From Anaeromyxobacteraceae bacterium (lineage in GTDB: Bacteria; Myxococcota; Myxococcia; Myxococcales; Anaeromyxobacteraceae), in contig JASGHJ010000001.1 of assembly GCA_047602405.1 (NCBI GenBank), positions 1,216,001-1,280,000 of the forward strand: DNA of 64,000 nucleotides. Reading direction: 5' to 3'. The position numbers were made by a program, and so were the translations under genes. Shown here in pieces: positions 1-12,291 of the stretch. The notes beneath the pieces were generated by a model. The model worked only from the letters and a program-made list of their open reading frames with translations, was not told the origin of the DNA and searched no databases. How positions within the stretch are numbered: the first letter of the stretch is position 1; each line of letters opens with the position of its first letter.

Positions 1-241
1 AGGCCTCGCCCGAGGGCGCCTTGCAGGTCTTGAGGTGCGCGTCGCAGAGGTCCTCCTGCGCGCTGGTCGGCTTCGCGCGGGAGAGCTCGTCGTCGACGGC
101 GTTCTCGCAGGACTTCTTGGTCGCGCCCGAGCCGCGGCACTCGCAGAGCTTGTAGCCGAGCTCCTGGCAGGGCGTGGAGCACGCGCCGGCGCCGGCGACG
201 AGGAGCAGGGCGAAGGCCCAGGTGAGGAGGTTCCGCGGCAT
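1..241 (-). CDS. Cys-rich lipoprotein (3' end truncated by window edge)
   Basis: Manual translation from ATG 241: MPRNLLTWAFALLLVAGAGACSTPCQELGYKLCECRG...; signal peptide with lipobox AGA-C and several Cys. Not in the ORF track. Confidence 0.7.
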   Translation of the reverse strand, partial: MPRNLLTWAFALLLVAGAGACSTPCQELGYKLCECRGSGATKKSCENAVDDELSRAKPTSAQEDLCDAHLKTCKAPSGEA

Positions 242-325
242 GAGGGGGCGGAGGATCACCGTTTGCCGCCCCAGGGTCAAGGCATGTGAATGGCGCCTGG
301 CCGTGGGCCGTCCTAGGGTGCAGGC

Positions 326-994
326 ATGGTAACCGCGATCGCCCTCGCCTTGTTCCTCAACGCCCCTGCCCCGTCCCCGGGCACCCCGGCGGAGCCTCCC
401 GCGCCGCCTCCGGGAGCGGCGGTGGACCCGGCGGCGGCGGCGCTGGCCGCGAAGGTCCAGGCGTTCTACGACCGAACGAAGGACCTCACCGCCCGGTTCC
501 GCCAGACGTACACGTACGCCGGCTTCGGCCGCAAGCAGGTCTCCTCCGGGAGACTCTCCGTGAAGAAGCCCGGCATGATGCGCTGGGACTACGAGAAGCC
601 CGAGCCGAAGACCGTCGCCGTGAAGGGCTCCCGCCTCGTGCAGTTCGAGCCCGAGGCGAACCAGGCCTACGTGGACGAGCGCTTCGACTCGACCGCGCTC
701 TCCGCGGCGGTGACCTTCCTCATCGGCAAGGGCGACCTCCAGAAAGAGTTCGTCCCGTCGCTCGAGCCCTCGGGGACGCTGCGGCTCACCCCCCGGCAGG
801 CCGACTCCCGGGTGACCACGGTCTTCCTCTCCGTCGCGGGCGACGGGCAGGTGGAGGCGACGCGGGTCGTGGACGGGTCGGGCAACGTGAACGAGATCCG
901 GTTCGAGGACGTCCGCCGCAACGTCGGGCTCGGCGACGCGGCGTTCGAGGTGAAGCTCCCGGCGAACGTTCACAGGGTGGCGCCGCCGGGCTAA
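326..994 (+). CDS. lolA: Outer-membrane lipoprotein carrier protein LolA
   Basis: Signal peptide; ARFRQTY, G-x-L-x-x-KKPGMMRWDYEKP and C-terminal FEVKLP LolA-like motifs. Confidence 0.85.
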   Translation: MVTAIALALFLNAPAPSPGTPAEPPAPPPGAAVDPAAAALAAKVQAFYDRTKDLTARFRQTYTYAGFGRKQVSSGRLSVKKPGMMRWDYEKPEPKTVAVKGSRLVQFEPEANQAYVDERFDSTALSAAVTFLIGKGDLQKEFVPSLEPSGTLRLTPRQADSRVTTVFLSVAGDGQVEATRVVDGSGNVNEIRFEDVRRNVGLGDAAFEVKLPANVHRVAPPG

Positions 995-1006
995 GCTCCC
1001 CGGACC

Positions 1007-2503
1007 ATGGCAGACCCCATCCTCGTCGCCCGCGGCACCGGCGCGTCCGGCGCGCCCGTCGATCTCCACCTCCTGCCCGGGCTCGCGAACCGGCACGGCC
1101 TCGTCACCGGCGCCACCGGCACCGGCAAGACGGTGACCCTGCGCGTGCTCGCGGAGGGGCTCTCGCGCCTCGGGGTGCCGGTCCTGCTCGCGGACGTGAA
1201 GGGCGACCTCTCCGGCCTCGCCCGGCCCGGCGGCGACAGCCCGAAGGTGCAGGAGCGCGCGAAGCAGCTCGGCATCACGCTCGAGCCCGCGGCGAGCCCC
1301 ACCGTCTTCCTCGACGTCTTCGGCGAGGCCGGCCACCCGCTCCGCACCACGCTCTCGGAGGTCGGGCCGATCCTGCTGGGCCGGATCCTCGAGCTCAACG
1401 ACGTGCAGGAGGGCGTCTTGCAGGTCGCGTTCAAGGTGGCCGACGAGAACGGGCTCCTGCTGCTGGACACGAAGGACCTCCGCGCGCTGCTCGAGCACCT
1501 CTCGAACAACGCCTCCGAGATCCGGGCCCGCTACGGCAACGTCTCGCCGACCACCGTGGGCGCGATCCAGCGCCAGCTCCTCGCGCTCGAGTCACAGGGC
1601 GCCGACAAGCTCTTCGGCGAGCCGGCCCTCGACCTCGCCGATCTGCTGCGCACCGACCTCGGCGGGCGCGGGCAGATCACCGTGCTCCACGCCGAGCGGC
1701 TCATCCGCACGCCGCGGCTCTACGCGACGCTCCTCCTCTGGATGCTCTCCGAGCTCTACGAGAACCTCCCCGAGGTCGGCGACCCGGAGAAGCCGCGCCT
1801 CGTCTTCTTCTTCGACGAGGCGCACCTCCTCTTCACCGACGCGCCGGCCGAGCTCCTGCAGAAGGTCGAGCAGGTCGTGCGGCTCATCCGCTCGAAGGGC
1901 GTAGGCGTCTACTTCGTCACCCAGAACCCCATCGACGTGCCGGACACGGTGCTCGGGCAGCTCGGCAACCGCTTCCAGCACGCGCTGCGCGCCTTCACGC
2001 CGCGGGACCAGAAGGCGGTGAAGGTGGCGGCGGAGACGTTCCGGCAGAACCCCCCGCTCGACGTCGAGAAGGCCATCTCCGAGCTCGGGGTGGGCGAGGC
2101 CCTCGTCTCCTGCCTCAATCCGAAGGGCACGCCCACGCCGGTCGAGCGCGCCTTCGTCATGCCGCCGCGCTCCCGCCTCGCGCCGCTCACGCCCCAGGAG
2201 CGCGCCGAGGTGATGGCGAGCTCGCCCCTCCGCGGGAAGTACGACAGCGCGGTCGATCGCGAGTCCGCCTACGAGCGGCTCAAGGCCGCGGCCGAGCAGC
2301 AGCCCCCGCCGCCCGCCACGGCCCCGCGCGGCTCCGCCGCCTCGACGGCCGCGACCGCCGGCATGGGCGCCGCCGCGGGCGCGCTCATCGGCAAGATGGC
2401 GACCTCGGCGGTGCGCGCGGCCGGCACCCGAATCGGCCGCGGAATCATCCGCGGCGTGCTCGGCGGCCTCCTCGGCGGCGGCCGCAGCCGGCGCCGCTGG
2501 TAG
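1007..2503 (+). CDS. DUF853/YjgR-family HerA-like ATPase
   Basis: [15 protein letters not shown]alker A; FFFDEAH Walker [33 protein letters not shown]. Confidence 0.9.
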   Translation: MADPILVARGTGASGAPVDLHLLPGLANRHGLVTGATGTGKTVTLRVLAEGLSRLGVPVLLADVKGDLSGLARPGGDSPKVQERAKQLGITLEPAASPTVFLDVFGEAGHPLRTTLSEVGPILLGRILELNDVQEGVLQVAFKVADENGLLLLDTKDLRALLEHLSNNASEIRARYGNVSPTTVGAIQRQLLALESQGADKLFGEPALDLADLLRTDLGGRGQITVLHAERLIRTPRLYATLLLWMLSELYENLPEVGDPEKPRLVFFFDEAHLLFTDAPAELLQKVEQVVRLIRSKGVGVYFVTQNPIDVPDTVLGQLGNRFQHALRAFTPRDQKAVKVAAETFRQNPPLDVEKAISELGVGEALVSCLNPKGTPTPVERAFVMPPRSRLAPLTPQERAEVMASSPLRGKYDSAVDRESAYERLKAAAEQQPPPPATAPRGSAASTAATAGMGAAAGALIGKMATSAVRAAGTRIGRGIIRGVLGGLLGGGRSRRRW

Positions 2504-2517
2504 GGGCGCGGCCCGCG

Positions 2518-3778
2518 CTACGCCCGCCCGCCGCGGGCGGGCGCGGCCGGGCCGTAGGTGAGCCAGCGCCACAGCCACTCGGCCGGGCCGAGCTCGAACC
2601 GGGAGACCCAGAGCGCGGCGAGGAGCGCCTGCGCGAGCCAGGTCGCGATCGCGAGCGCGAGGCAGGCGTCGGGCGCGAGCGCGCCGTAGAGGCCGCCGCC
2701 GTAGGCGTAGGCGATCGTCGTGAAAGAGCGCCGACTGCCCGAGGTACGCCGACAGCGAGACCCGCCCGAGGGGCGCCAGCGCGAGGAGCAGCCGGGCCCG
2801 GCCGCGCGACCAGGCGAGCAGGAGCGCGGCCGCGAGGCCCAGCGCGAGCGCCGGGGCGCTCGCCGCGTGCAGGCCGGTGCCCAGCGTCACGGCGCTCATC
2901 CGCGCCACGCCGCCGTGCACGAGCCACGCGTACACGAGCTCGCCCACGCCGCCGAGCACGATCCCGAAGCGGGCCACGCGGCCGAGGAGCGCCTCGTGGC
3001 CGGCGGGGTGGGAGAGCACGCCTTGCTCGACGGCCCAGCCGCCCGCGAGGAAGAGCGCGAGGAACTGGGGCAGGAAGGCGAAGGTCGCGAACCAGGTCGT
3101 GAGGAACAGGCCGGCGCGGTGCCGGAAGAGCTCGGCAAGGCTGCCGTGCCCGAAGACCGCGAGGGCCTTCGCGACGGCGGCGTGGGCCTCCTCGACCGCG
3201 CCGGCCGAGAGCTTCGAGAGCGCGTCGGGGCGGACGAGGTCGACGACGGTCATCGCCACGCCCGCGGAGCAGGCGAGGAGCGGCACGAGGGCGAAGAGCC
3301 CGAGCGCCCACCGCGCGCGCGCCGCCGGATCCCGCCCGTGGAAGGCGAGGTACCAGACGAGGCCCACGAGCGCGTAGCCCGCGAGGATGTCCCCGTGCCA
3401 CAGCAGGAGCCCGTGCGCGGCGCCGATGAGCCCGAGCGCCGCGAGCCGGCGCGGCAGCACGGCCGTTGCGCGCGCCCCGAGCCGCCCCGCCTGCAGCGCG
3501 AGCCCGGCGCCGAACAGGAAGGACAGGAGCGTGTACGCCTTCCCGACGAACAGGAGGTGGGTGAGCGCGAGGGCGCGCGGCGCGGCGCTCTCGGCCCAGG
3601 GCAGGTTGAAGACGCGCTCGTCCGGCCCGAGCAGGATCGGCGCGTTGACCGCGACCACGCCGAGCAGCGCGAGCCCGCGCAGGGCGTCGAGCGCCGGCAG
3701 GCGCGACGCCGCCGCGAGCGGCGCGGGCGCGGGGGCCGCTGCCTCCGCGAGGGGCTGTTCGCCGGTGCCGGCGTCCAT
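2518..3778 (-). CDS. DUF418 (YeiB-like) membrane protein, +1 frameshift near 2724
   Basis: RLPALDALRGLALLG, LSFLFGAG, WHGDIL, GRVSLSAYLGQS. Removing one A at 2723-2725 restores the C-terminus ...GPAEWLWRWLTYG... Confidence 0.8.
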
Positions 3779-3991
3779 CGCGGCGCAGGTTAACCCAACT
3801 TCGCCCACACGCAGGGAGTGCAGGCGGTCCACGGGTGGCCGCAGCCCTCACCCCGGGGTCCGCGTACCGTCCGACTGAGCGTGGAGGCGGCCGAGGAGAT
3901 CCGGGCGCTTGGCGGATCCTGAGCTGGGCCGGGCGCTTGCACGGAAGGTCGAACGCCGGTTGCCGCGCCCGGCATCGGGGGATGTACGACG

Positions 3992-4435
3992 ATGAAGGTC
4001 CACTGGACACCCAAGCTCGCGATCGGCGTCCCCGTGCTCGATGACCAGCACCGGGAGCTCTTCCGGCGGGTCGCCGCGCTGCTCTCGGCCATGGCCGACC
4101 GGCACGGCGGCATGCACGTGCGCCAGACCTTCCAGTTCCTCGACCGCTACGTCGAGGAGCACTTCCGCGACGAGGCGAAGCTCATGCGGGAGAGCGGGTA
4201 TCCGCACCTGGCGGCGCACGAGACCTCGCACGCCCGCTTCGTCGCCGAGCTGCGGCGGCTCGAGACGCTGCTCGAGGAGGACGGCACGGCGGCGCGCTCC
4301 ACGGTGGCGGTGCACGCCGGGGGCCTGCTGTGCGACTGGCTGCGCGCGCACATCGCGTCGAGCGACCTCGACTTCGCGCACTACCTCGCGGCGCGGGAGC
4401 AGGCCGCGGGCGTGCAGCGCGCCGGCACCGCCTGA
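3992..4435 (+). CDS. Bacteriohemerythrin
   Basis: W...IG...LDDQHRELF, HFRDE, HETSH and HIASSD iron-ligand pattern. Confidence 0.9.
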   Translation: MKVHWTPKLAIGVPVLDDQHRELFRRVAALLSAMADRHGGMHVRQTFQFLDRYVEEHFRDEAKLMRESGYPHLAAHETSHARFVAELRRLETLLEEDGTAARSTVAVHAGGLLCDWLRAHIASSDLDFAHYLAAREQAAGVQRAGTA

Positions 4436-4469
4436 GCGCGGTACCGGGCAGCGGGCGGAACCCGGGCCC

Positions 4470-5888
<1,419 letters not shown>

Positions 5889-6004
5889 CGTGCTCCGGCC
5901 GGGGAGGGGGACGGGCCCCCGGAACGGGCGGATCTAGCAGCCGGGAGGTCCCCGGGCAAGGCAGCCCCCTCCTGCGCCGGGGACCCCGGGGTAGGTTCCG
6001 GTAC

Positions 6005-6497
6005 GTGACCGAGCTCGAGAATCAGGCCTGCCCGGGTCGAGGACGCGGCGGCGCTGGGACGCATGGGCGCCACGCTCGCCCGCCTGCACCAGCGCATGGA
6101 CCGGCGCCGCTTCTTCGCGCACGCCGGCATGGAGGAGGGCTACGCCTCCTGGCTCGCGAAGGAGCTCGCGAGCAGGAAGGCGGTCGTGCTCGCGGCGGTG
6201 GCGCGTACGCGAGGACGGGAGCAGCTCGTGGGCTACGCCTACGGACGCCTCGAGGGGCGGGACTGGAACACGCTCCGCGACGCAGCCGGCGTGGGCGTCG
6301 ACCTGTACGTCCTCCCGCGCGCCCGCCGGCACGGCACGGGCCGTCGCCTCCTCGAGGCGCTCGTGAAGGAACTCGCCCGCCGCGGCGCCCCGTGCGTCGT
6401 CATCCAGGTGGCCGCGAAGAACCGGCGCGCGCTCGCGCTCTTCGAGGCGATGGGGTTCAGGCGCACGCTCGTCGAACTCGCCATCGAGCCGGGCTGA
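6005..6497 (+). CDS. GNAT acetyltransferase, +1 frameshift near 6020
   Basis: LYVLPRARRHGTGRRLL acetyl-CoA motif and N..ALALFEAMGF. Removing one A at 6020-6021 gives a typical N-terminus MTELEIRPARVEDAAALGRMG. Confidence 0.8.
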
Positions 6498-6500
6498 CCC

Positions 6501-6553
6501 GGTGCCGGACACGCGGCGTGGCGGACACGCCCGGGCGCGGCCGGCCGGACACG
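6501..6553 (+). repeat. Cluster of three GTGCCGGACAC-like motifs
   Basis: GGTGCCGGACACG (6501), GTGGCGGACACG (6518) and GGCCGGACACG (6543), intergenic. Confidence 0.6.
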
Positions 6554-6622
6554 CCGGAGCACAACTCCGCGTACGCGCAGGAGATCCGGAGACGGCCCCG
6601 GGCTTGCTCTGGGCAGGGGGCC

Positions 6623-7919
6623 ATGAAACGGCTCGTCGCCATCGGCTTCGTCTGGCTCGGGTGCGGCCTCGCCTGGGCGATCCTCGGCACCACCCTCGGC
6701 GTCCGCAGCGGGGAGGTCTCGGGCAGCCTGCTCCCCGAGGTCCACGCGCTGTGGGGCCCGCCGCTGCAGCAGGCGCCGCCGGCCGGCAGCGGCACCGAGA
6801 CGCACCGCGAGGTGCAGGCCGAGACCCACTTCGACGAGAAGCAGAAGCGCTACTACGAGGTGAAGCGCGAGGTCGACGTCACGACCGAGGTGCCGCTCGT
6901 CCTCGCCTCCTCGCGCGTCGAGGCGAAGCTCGCGCTCGAGCACCGCCAGAAGGGGCTGCTCTGGTTCCCGACCTACGCGGTCGACCTCCGCGCGGCCTAT
7001 GTGTTCCGGAACGAGAGCGCCGAGGCCCGTGAGGCGAAGATCCTCCTCCCCATCCGCCAGGACGGCGTGACCTACGAGGCCTTCGAGGTGCTCGACGGCG
7101 AGGGGAAGCCGCTCGACGCGAGCTTCGAGGAGGGCCACGTCCGGCTCGACCGGCGGCTCGGGCCCGGCGTGGAGTCGGCGTTCACGGTCCGTTACCGCGC
7201 GCGCGGCACGGGCAGCTGGAGCTACGGCGCCCCCGGGCGCGGCCTCGGCGCCGAGCCGGGCCGGGCGCGCGACTTCCGGCTCGAGCTCACCACCGACTTC
7301 CCCGACGTCGACTTCCCGGCCGGCTCGCTCTCGCCCACCCGGCACGGCCCGATGGGCGGCGGCTGGAAAGGGGTGTGGGAGTCGCCGCAGATCGTCGGCA
7401 CGCAGGTGGTCGGCCTCGAGCTCCCCCAGCTCCTCAACCCCGGGCCGCTCGCGGCGCGCATCACCTTCTTCGCGCCGGTGTCGCTCCTGTTCTTCTTCTT
7501 CGTGGTCTCGATCCTGCTCGCCGCGTCCGAGCGGGCGCTCCACCCGATGCACTACTTCCTGCTCGGCTGCGCGTTCTTCGCCTTCCACCTGCTCTTCGCG
7601 TACCTCATCGACCACGTCGCGGTGGGCCCCGCGTTCGGGATCGCCTCGGCGGTGGCGGTGCTCCTCGTCGTCTCCTACACGCGGCCTCTTCCTGCCGCTC
7701 CGCGCCGCGCTCCTCCGCGTCGCGCTCCCGCAGGTCGTCTTCCTGGTCCTCTTCTCCTGGACCTTCTTCTGGAAGGGCTTCACCGGCCTCGCGGTGACCG
7801 TGGGCGCGGTGGTGACGCTCTTCGTGGTGATGCAGCTCACCGGCCGCCTCGACTGGGAGGTGGCGCTCGCGCGGGGCGGGCCGAAGGCGCCGCCGAAGCC
7901 GGCCTCGACTCCGGGCTAG
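6623..7919 (+). CDS. CreD-like inner membrane protein, +1 frameshift near 7685
   Basis: N-terminal TM, WGPP, RQKGLLWFPTY, LHPMHYFLLG and multiple C-terminal TMs. Removing one C at 7685-7686 restores the TM tail to TAG 7917-7919. Confidence 0.7.
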
Positions 7920-8515
7920 GCGTACTTCCGGGCGTCGATCGTCTTCCCGGTGAGGTCGCCCTCGACCGACGCCGCGTACGCCTTCGCGCAGGCGGCCGCG
8001 GAGATCGCGCCCGGGGCGTTCATCCCGAGCTTCTGGAGCGTCTCGGAGATCCAGGGCGGGCTCACGACGTTGATCCGGATGCCGCGCGGGGCCTCGACGG
8101 CCGCGCCGGTGACGAAGCCCTCGAGCGCCGCGTTGACCATCGAGATAGCCGCGCCACCCGGCATCGGCTCGTGCGCGAGCACGCCGCCGGTCAGGGTGAT
8201 CGAGCCCCCGTCCGCGAGGTGCTGCATCGCGAGGCGCGCGAGGTTCACCTGGCCCATGAGCTTCGAGCGCAGGCCGACCTCGTAGTCCGGCCCGGCGAGC
8301 GCGGCGAGCGGCTTGAACGCGGCGCTGCCTGCGCAGGAGACGACGGCGTTCACGCCCTTCACCGCCTCGAAGAGCCGCTTCAGCGACGCCTCGTCCTCGA
8401 GGTTCGCGGCGGGGTCGCCGCTGCGCGACACGCGGATGACCTCGTGGCGCGCGGCGAGCGCGTCCGCGACCGCCTTGCCGATGGTGCCCGTTGCTCCGAC
8501 GACGATGATCTTCAT
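7916..8515 (-). CDS. Short-chain dehydrogenase (SDR)
   Basis: GATGTIG Rossmann motif, SKLMGQVNL, RINVVSP. Confidence 0.85.
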   Translation of the reverse strand: MKIIVVGATGTIGKAVADALAARHEVIRVSRSGDPAANLEDEASLKRLFEAVKGVNAVVSCAGSAAFKPLAALAGPDYEVGLRSKLMGQVNLARLAMQHLADGGSITLTGGVLAHEPMPGGAAISMVNAALEGFVTGAAVEAPRGIRINVVSPPWISETLQKLGMNAPGAISAAACAKAYAASVEGDLTGKTIDARKYA

Positions 8516-8605
8516 GTGGCTCCCGTACGTGGGGGCGTACTCATGCGGCGCGGCCTGGAGGGCCGCAACGGAATCGGCCTCCCCTCCTGGCGCCCGCGCG
8601 GGCGG

Positions 8606-9691
8606 TCACCCGCGCAGCCGCGCCGCGAGCACGAGGCAAGCGACGCCCATCCCGAGCCCGAGCACCACGGCGGCGACGCGCGCCCCGCGGCCCCAGGGCG
8701 GGTTCGCGACACGGACCCGCACGGCCCGCGGCATCACGAGGAGCTGCACGAGCGTGAGCGAGATCGCGTAGAGCCCGAAGCTCGCGACGAAGAGCCAGCT
8801 CGCGCGGAGGAACCCGGCGAGCACCGGGATGGCCACGGCGAAGACTGCGAGCGCGGCCTGCGAGAGCCCGCCGGCGCGGCGGACCGCCGCCCGCTCGCTC
8901 TCGTCCTCGGCGTGCTCGAGGTGGAGCCGCGTCTCGTACCGCATCGCGAGCGATCCCGCGGCGCCGGCGGCGCCGACGACGAAAGCCGAGAGCGCGGCCG
9001 CGCCCGCCACCCCCTTCGCGAGGACGCCGGTCGCGGTCGCCGCGCCGGCGGCCGTCGGGAGGCCCGTGCCCAGCGCCGCGAGCACGGCGGCGGTGAAGGC
9101 GGCGCCCGGCGTCGTGCGCTCGAGCACGTCGCCGGCGCGCGCGAGGAGGTCGGCGCGCAGCGCGGCGCGGGCGCGGGTGAGCCGCTGCCAGACGGCCTCC
9201 TCCGAGAGCCCGAGCAGCCGCGCGACCTGCGCCGCCGAGCGGCCCTCGCGGTAGTAGAGGACCACCGTCTCCCGCGCGTCGTCCGGCAGCGCGGCCATCG
9301 CCTCCGCGAGCGCGCGCCGCTCCTCCGCGGCGAGGAGCCGCTGGGCGGCGTCCGGCCCGGCCTCGACCGCGGCTTCGAGCGCGTTCGCGGCGGCGTCGCC
9401 GGTCACGAGCCGGCCCAGCTTCTCCCGGGCCTCGCGCGCGCGGCGTCGCGCGAGCTCGCGCAGCCAGGGGAGGAAGCTCGACGGGTTGCGGAGCGCCGAG
9501 AGGTCCCGCCAGGCGTGCAGGTAGGCCTCCTGCGCGGCGTCCCGGGAGGTCTCGAGGTCGCGGGTCTCGGCGGCCGTGATGGCGGTGACGAGGCCGCTCG
9601 TGGCGGTCACGACGCGGCCGAAGGCCTCCCGGTCACCGCGCGCGGCGAGGGCGACGTCTTCGTGCAGGGCGGCGAGGGTGGCGGGGCTCAT
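8606..9691 (-). CDS. ECF sigma-70 factor with C-terminal transmembrane extension
   Basis: Region 2 DAAQEAYLHAW..L..LRNPSSFLPWL; region 4 LYYREGRSAAQVARLLGLSEEAV..RLTRAR; about 4 hydrophobic segments follow. Confidence 0.85.
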   Translation of the reverse strand: MSPATLAALHEDVALAARGDREAFGRVVTATSGLVTAITAAETRDLETSRDAAQEAYLHAWRDLSALRNPSSFLPWLRELARRRAREAREKLGRLVTGDAAANALEAAVEAGPDAAQRLLAAEERRALAEAMAALPDDARETVVLYYREGRSAAQVARLLGLSEEAVWQRLTRARAALRADLLARAGDVLERTTPGAAFTAAVLAALGTGLPTAAGAATATGVLAKGVAGAAALSAFVVGAAGAAGSLAMRYETRLHLEHAEDESERAAVRRAGGLSQAALAVFAVAIPVLAGFLRASWLFVASFGLYAISLTLVQLLVMPRAVRVRVANPPWGRGARVAAVVLGLGMGVACLVLAARLRG

Positions 9692-9784
9692 GCGGACCTC
9701 CGGAGTCTTGCGGGTGTGCGTTCCGCAGACAAGGGAGGGCGGGGCCGGGAAACCTGACCGGGGGGCCCCGGGGCGCGCGGCGGC

Positions 9785-9874
9785 TCAGCGCCCGACGGCG
9801 AGGAGCGCGATGAAGAGCAGCGTCGCGCCCACCGCGAGGACGACGTGCAGGCGCAGGCCGGGGCCGGAGGGCAT
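9785..9874 (-). CDS. Putative 29-aa single-TM small protein
   Basis: MPSGPGLRLHVVLAVGATLLFIALLAVGR*; codons mostly end in G/C; AGGAG lies just upstream but with short spacing. Confidence 0.4.
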   Translation of the reverse strand: MPSGPGLRLHVVLAVGATLLFIALLAVGR

Positions 9875-9957
9875 GACTCCTGGGACGGAGGACCCCCGCG
9901 CCGGGTTCCCAATCCATCGGGTTTGACGATGGATCCGGCCGGCGGTACTCCGGGCGC

Positions 9958-10461
9958 ATGAGACCGAAGGTGCGGTCCGAGACCCGGCACGACGACGTCG
10001 GGGAGGCGGTCGAGGCGGTGGCCCGGCTGTTCCCGGCGCTCTACCTGCGCCTTCACCGCCGCCGGCCGAAGGGCGGACACCGGGCCGACGGCCAGATGAT
10101 GGCGACGCTCACCCACCTCGCGCACGCGGGCCCGCTCACGGTCGGCGAGGCGGCGGCGCACCTCGACCGCGCGCAGTCGGTGGTGAGCGAGCTCGTGGAC
10201 CGGCTCTGCGCGCACGGCTGGGCGGAGCGGATGCCCGACGCTCGCGACCGCCGCCGTACGCTCGTGTGGCTCACGCCCGCGGGCGAGGCGGCGATCCGCG
10301 AGGAGCAGGAGGTGCTTTCGCGCGAGCTGCTCCTCGCGGCGCTCGCGCGGACCGCGCCGGCGGACCGGCGCGCGCTCGTGCGCGGCATGGCGGCGCTGGT
10401 CGAGGCCGCCGGGACCCTGAAGCCGGCGCGCGAGTCGCGCGCCGCGGAGGACGGACGATGA
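9958..10461 (+). CDS. MarR family transcriptional regulator
   Basis: LTVGEAAAHL..AQSVVSELVDRL...GW..R..DARDRRRTLVWLT. Confidence 0.85.
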   Translation: MRPKVRSETRHDDVGEAVEAVARLFPALYLRLHRRRPKGGHRADGQMMATLTHLAHAGPLTVGEAAAHLDRAQSVVSELVDRLCAHGWAERMPDARDRRRTLVWLTPAGEAAIREEQEVLSRELLLAALARTAPADRRALVRGMAALVEAAGTLKPARESRAAEDGR

Positions 10462-10700
10462 CCGGGAAGCAGAAGGTGAGCTGCCAGAGCTGCGGGATGC
10501 CGATCGAGATGGGCCCCTACTGCCCGCACTGCGTGGACGACCACGGCAACCTGCAGCGCTTCGAGGACCGGTTCGAGCGCATGGTGCAGTGGGCGCTCCG
10601 CAAGGACCCCTCGGCGGACCGGAAGGCCGCCGAGCGAAAGACGCTCGAGTACCTGCGGAGCATGCCCGCCTGGAAGGACCACCCGCGTGTCAAGGCGTGA
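10458..10700 (+). CDS. Zinc-ribbon domain protein
   Basis: CQSCGMP...YCPHC, C-terminal MPAWK; ATGA overlap with the marR stop. Confidence 0.75.
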   Translation: MTGKQKVSCQSCGMPIEMGPYCPHCVDDHGNLQRFEDRFERMVQWALRKDPSADRKAAERKTLEYLRSMPAWKDHPRVKA

Positions 10701-10762
10701 GGTGGGGCGCGCGGGCGAGGATTGCGTCTGACGCACCCGGGCCGGGTCACCGGTCCACCGAC

Positions 10763-11680
10763 TCACGGGGCCGCGAGCGCCGCCCAGTCCGGGCGCGCGA
10801 AGTGGGCGCCGAGCGCGTCGAGGAACGCGCGCACGCGGGCGGGGACGAGCCGGCGGTCGGCGTGCAGCGCGTGCAGGCCGGCGGGCTCCATCGGGTGGTC
10901 CTCGAGCACGCGCACGAGCCGGCCGGCGGCGAGCGCGGGCGCGGCCATGAAGTCGGGCATGACGGCGAGGCCGAGGCCCGCGGCGGCGGCCTCGCGGAGC
11001 ACGGTGCCGTCGGTCGAGGCGAGGCGGCCGCGCGCCGGGTAGGGGCGGGCCGCGGCGCCACGGCCGAAGCGCCACTCGGCCTCGCGCGGGACGACGGCGT
11101 AGTGCAGGCACTCGTGGTGGACGAGGTCGGCGGGCGTCCGCGGGGTGCCGGCGCGCGCGAGGTAGGACGGCGCGCCGACCACGACGAGCTCCACCGGCGC
11201 GAGCTTCCGCGCGACGAGCGACGACGGCTGCAGTCGGGCGACGCGCAGCACGACGTCGAGCCCGCCCGCGACGAGGTCCACCTGGCGGTTCTCGGTGGTG
11301 AGCTCGACCTCGACGTCCGGGTGCGCGGCGAGGAACGCCGCGACCGGACGCGCGAGGTAGGTCTGCGCGAAGGTGATGGGGGCGTCCACGCGGACCTTCC
11401 CGGCCGGGCGCTGGCGCACGCCGGCGACGCCGCGCTCCGCGGCCTCCGCCGCGGCGACGAGCGCGGCGCACTGCTCGTAGAAGCGCAGCCCCTCCTCGGT
11501 CGGCGAGAGGCGGCGGGTGGTGCGCGCGAGGAGCCGCACCCCGTGGCGGCGCTCGAGCGCGGCGACCCGCTTCGAGACCGCGGACTTCGCGAGGCGCGCC
11601 TCGTTCGCGGCGGCGGTGAAGGACCCGAGGCGGACCACCCGGGCGAAGAGGGCCATCGAGGCGAGCTCGTCGAGGCGCAT
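10763..11680 (-). CDS. LysR family transcriptional regulator
   Basis: FARVVRLGSFTAAA...KSAVSKRVAALE...LLARTTRRL HTH plus substrate-binding domain. Confidence 0.95.
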   Translation of the reverse strand: MRLDELASMALFARVVRLGSFTAAANEARLAKSAVSKRVAALERRHGVRLLARTTRRLSPTEEGLRFYEQCAALVAAAEAAERGVAGVRQRPAGKVRVDAPITFAQTYLARPVAAFLAAHPDVEVELTTENRQVDLVAGGLDVVLRVARLQPSSLVARKLAPVELVVVGAPSYLARAGTPRTPADLVHHECLHYAVVPREAEWRFGRGAAARPYPARGRLASTDGTVLREAAAAGLGLAVMPDFMAAPALAAGRLVRVLEDHPMEPAGLHALHADRRLVPARVRAFLDALGAHFARPDWAALAAP

Positions 11681-11795
11681 CGGATCGTTCTCCCCAGGGA
11701 AACAGTGATGTTCCCCGGCCGATCTACCGGGCCCGCGCGGCGGGCGCTACCTCTCCGTGCGTCGCAACGACGCGACCTCGAGCAGGAGCACCGCC

Positions 11796-12287
11796 ATGAC
11801 CCGCTTCCTCCGCACCGATGCCTCCCTGACCCTCGCCGCGCAGCGCGCGGTGCTGGGCCTCGTCCTCCTCCCCCACGGCCTCCAGAAGACCGCCGGCTGG
11901 TTCGGCGGCTACGGCTTCGACGGCACCATGGGCTACTTCACCGGCGCGCTCGGGATCCCGGCGCCGCTCGCGCTCCTCGTGATCGCCGCCGAGACCGCGG
12001 GCGCGGTCGCCCTCGTGCTCGGCCTCGGCACGCGCCTCGCCGCGGTGGGCGCCGCGCTCGTGATGACCGGGGCCGCGGTGATGGTCCACGCGCCGCACGG
12101 CTTCTTCATGAACTGGGGCGGCAAGGCGGGCGGCGAGGGTTTCGAGTACCACCTGCTCGCGCTCGCCCTGGCGCTGCCGCTCGTGATCCGCGGCGCCGGG
12201 CGGTTCTCGGTCGACGCCTGGCTCGCCGCGCGGCTCGGACGCGAGAGCGCCGCCGCCCCTCACGGTGCGACGGCGCGGGCGGCGTAG
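11796..12287 (+). CDS. DoxX family membrane protein
   Basis: PHGLQK..GWFGGYG, GFFMNW, GEGFEYHLL; AGGAG RBS. Confidence 0.9.
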   Translation: MTRFLRTDASLTLAAQRAVLGLVLLPHGLQKTAGWFGGYGFDGTMGYFTGALGIPAPLALLVIAAETAGAVALVLGLGTRLAAVGAALVMTGAAVMVHAPHGFFMNWGGKAGGEGFEYHLLALALALPLVIRGAGRFSVDAWLAARLGRESAAAPHGATARAA

Positions 12288-12291
12288 GAGG

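Noticed and set aside
286..3102. Very long alternative-frame or antisense ORFs (e.g. 286-3102, 6005-9757, 35415-38027, 54436-57420)
   Set aside because: Arg/Pro/Gly-rich shadows of real genes, expected at very high GC where stop codons are rare
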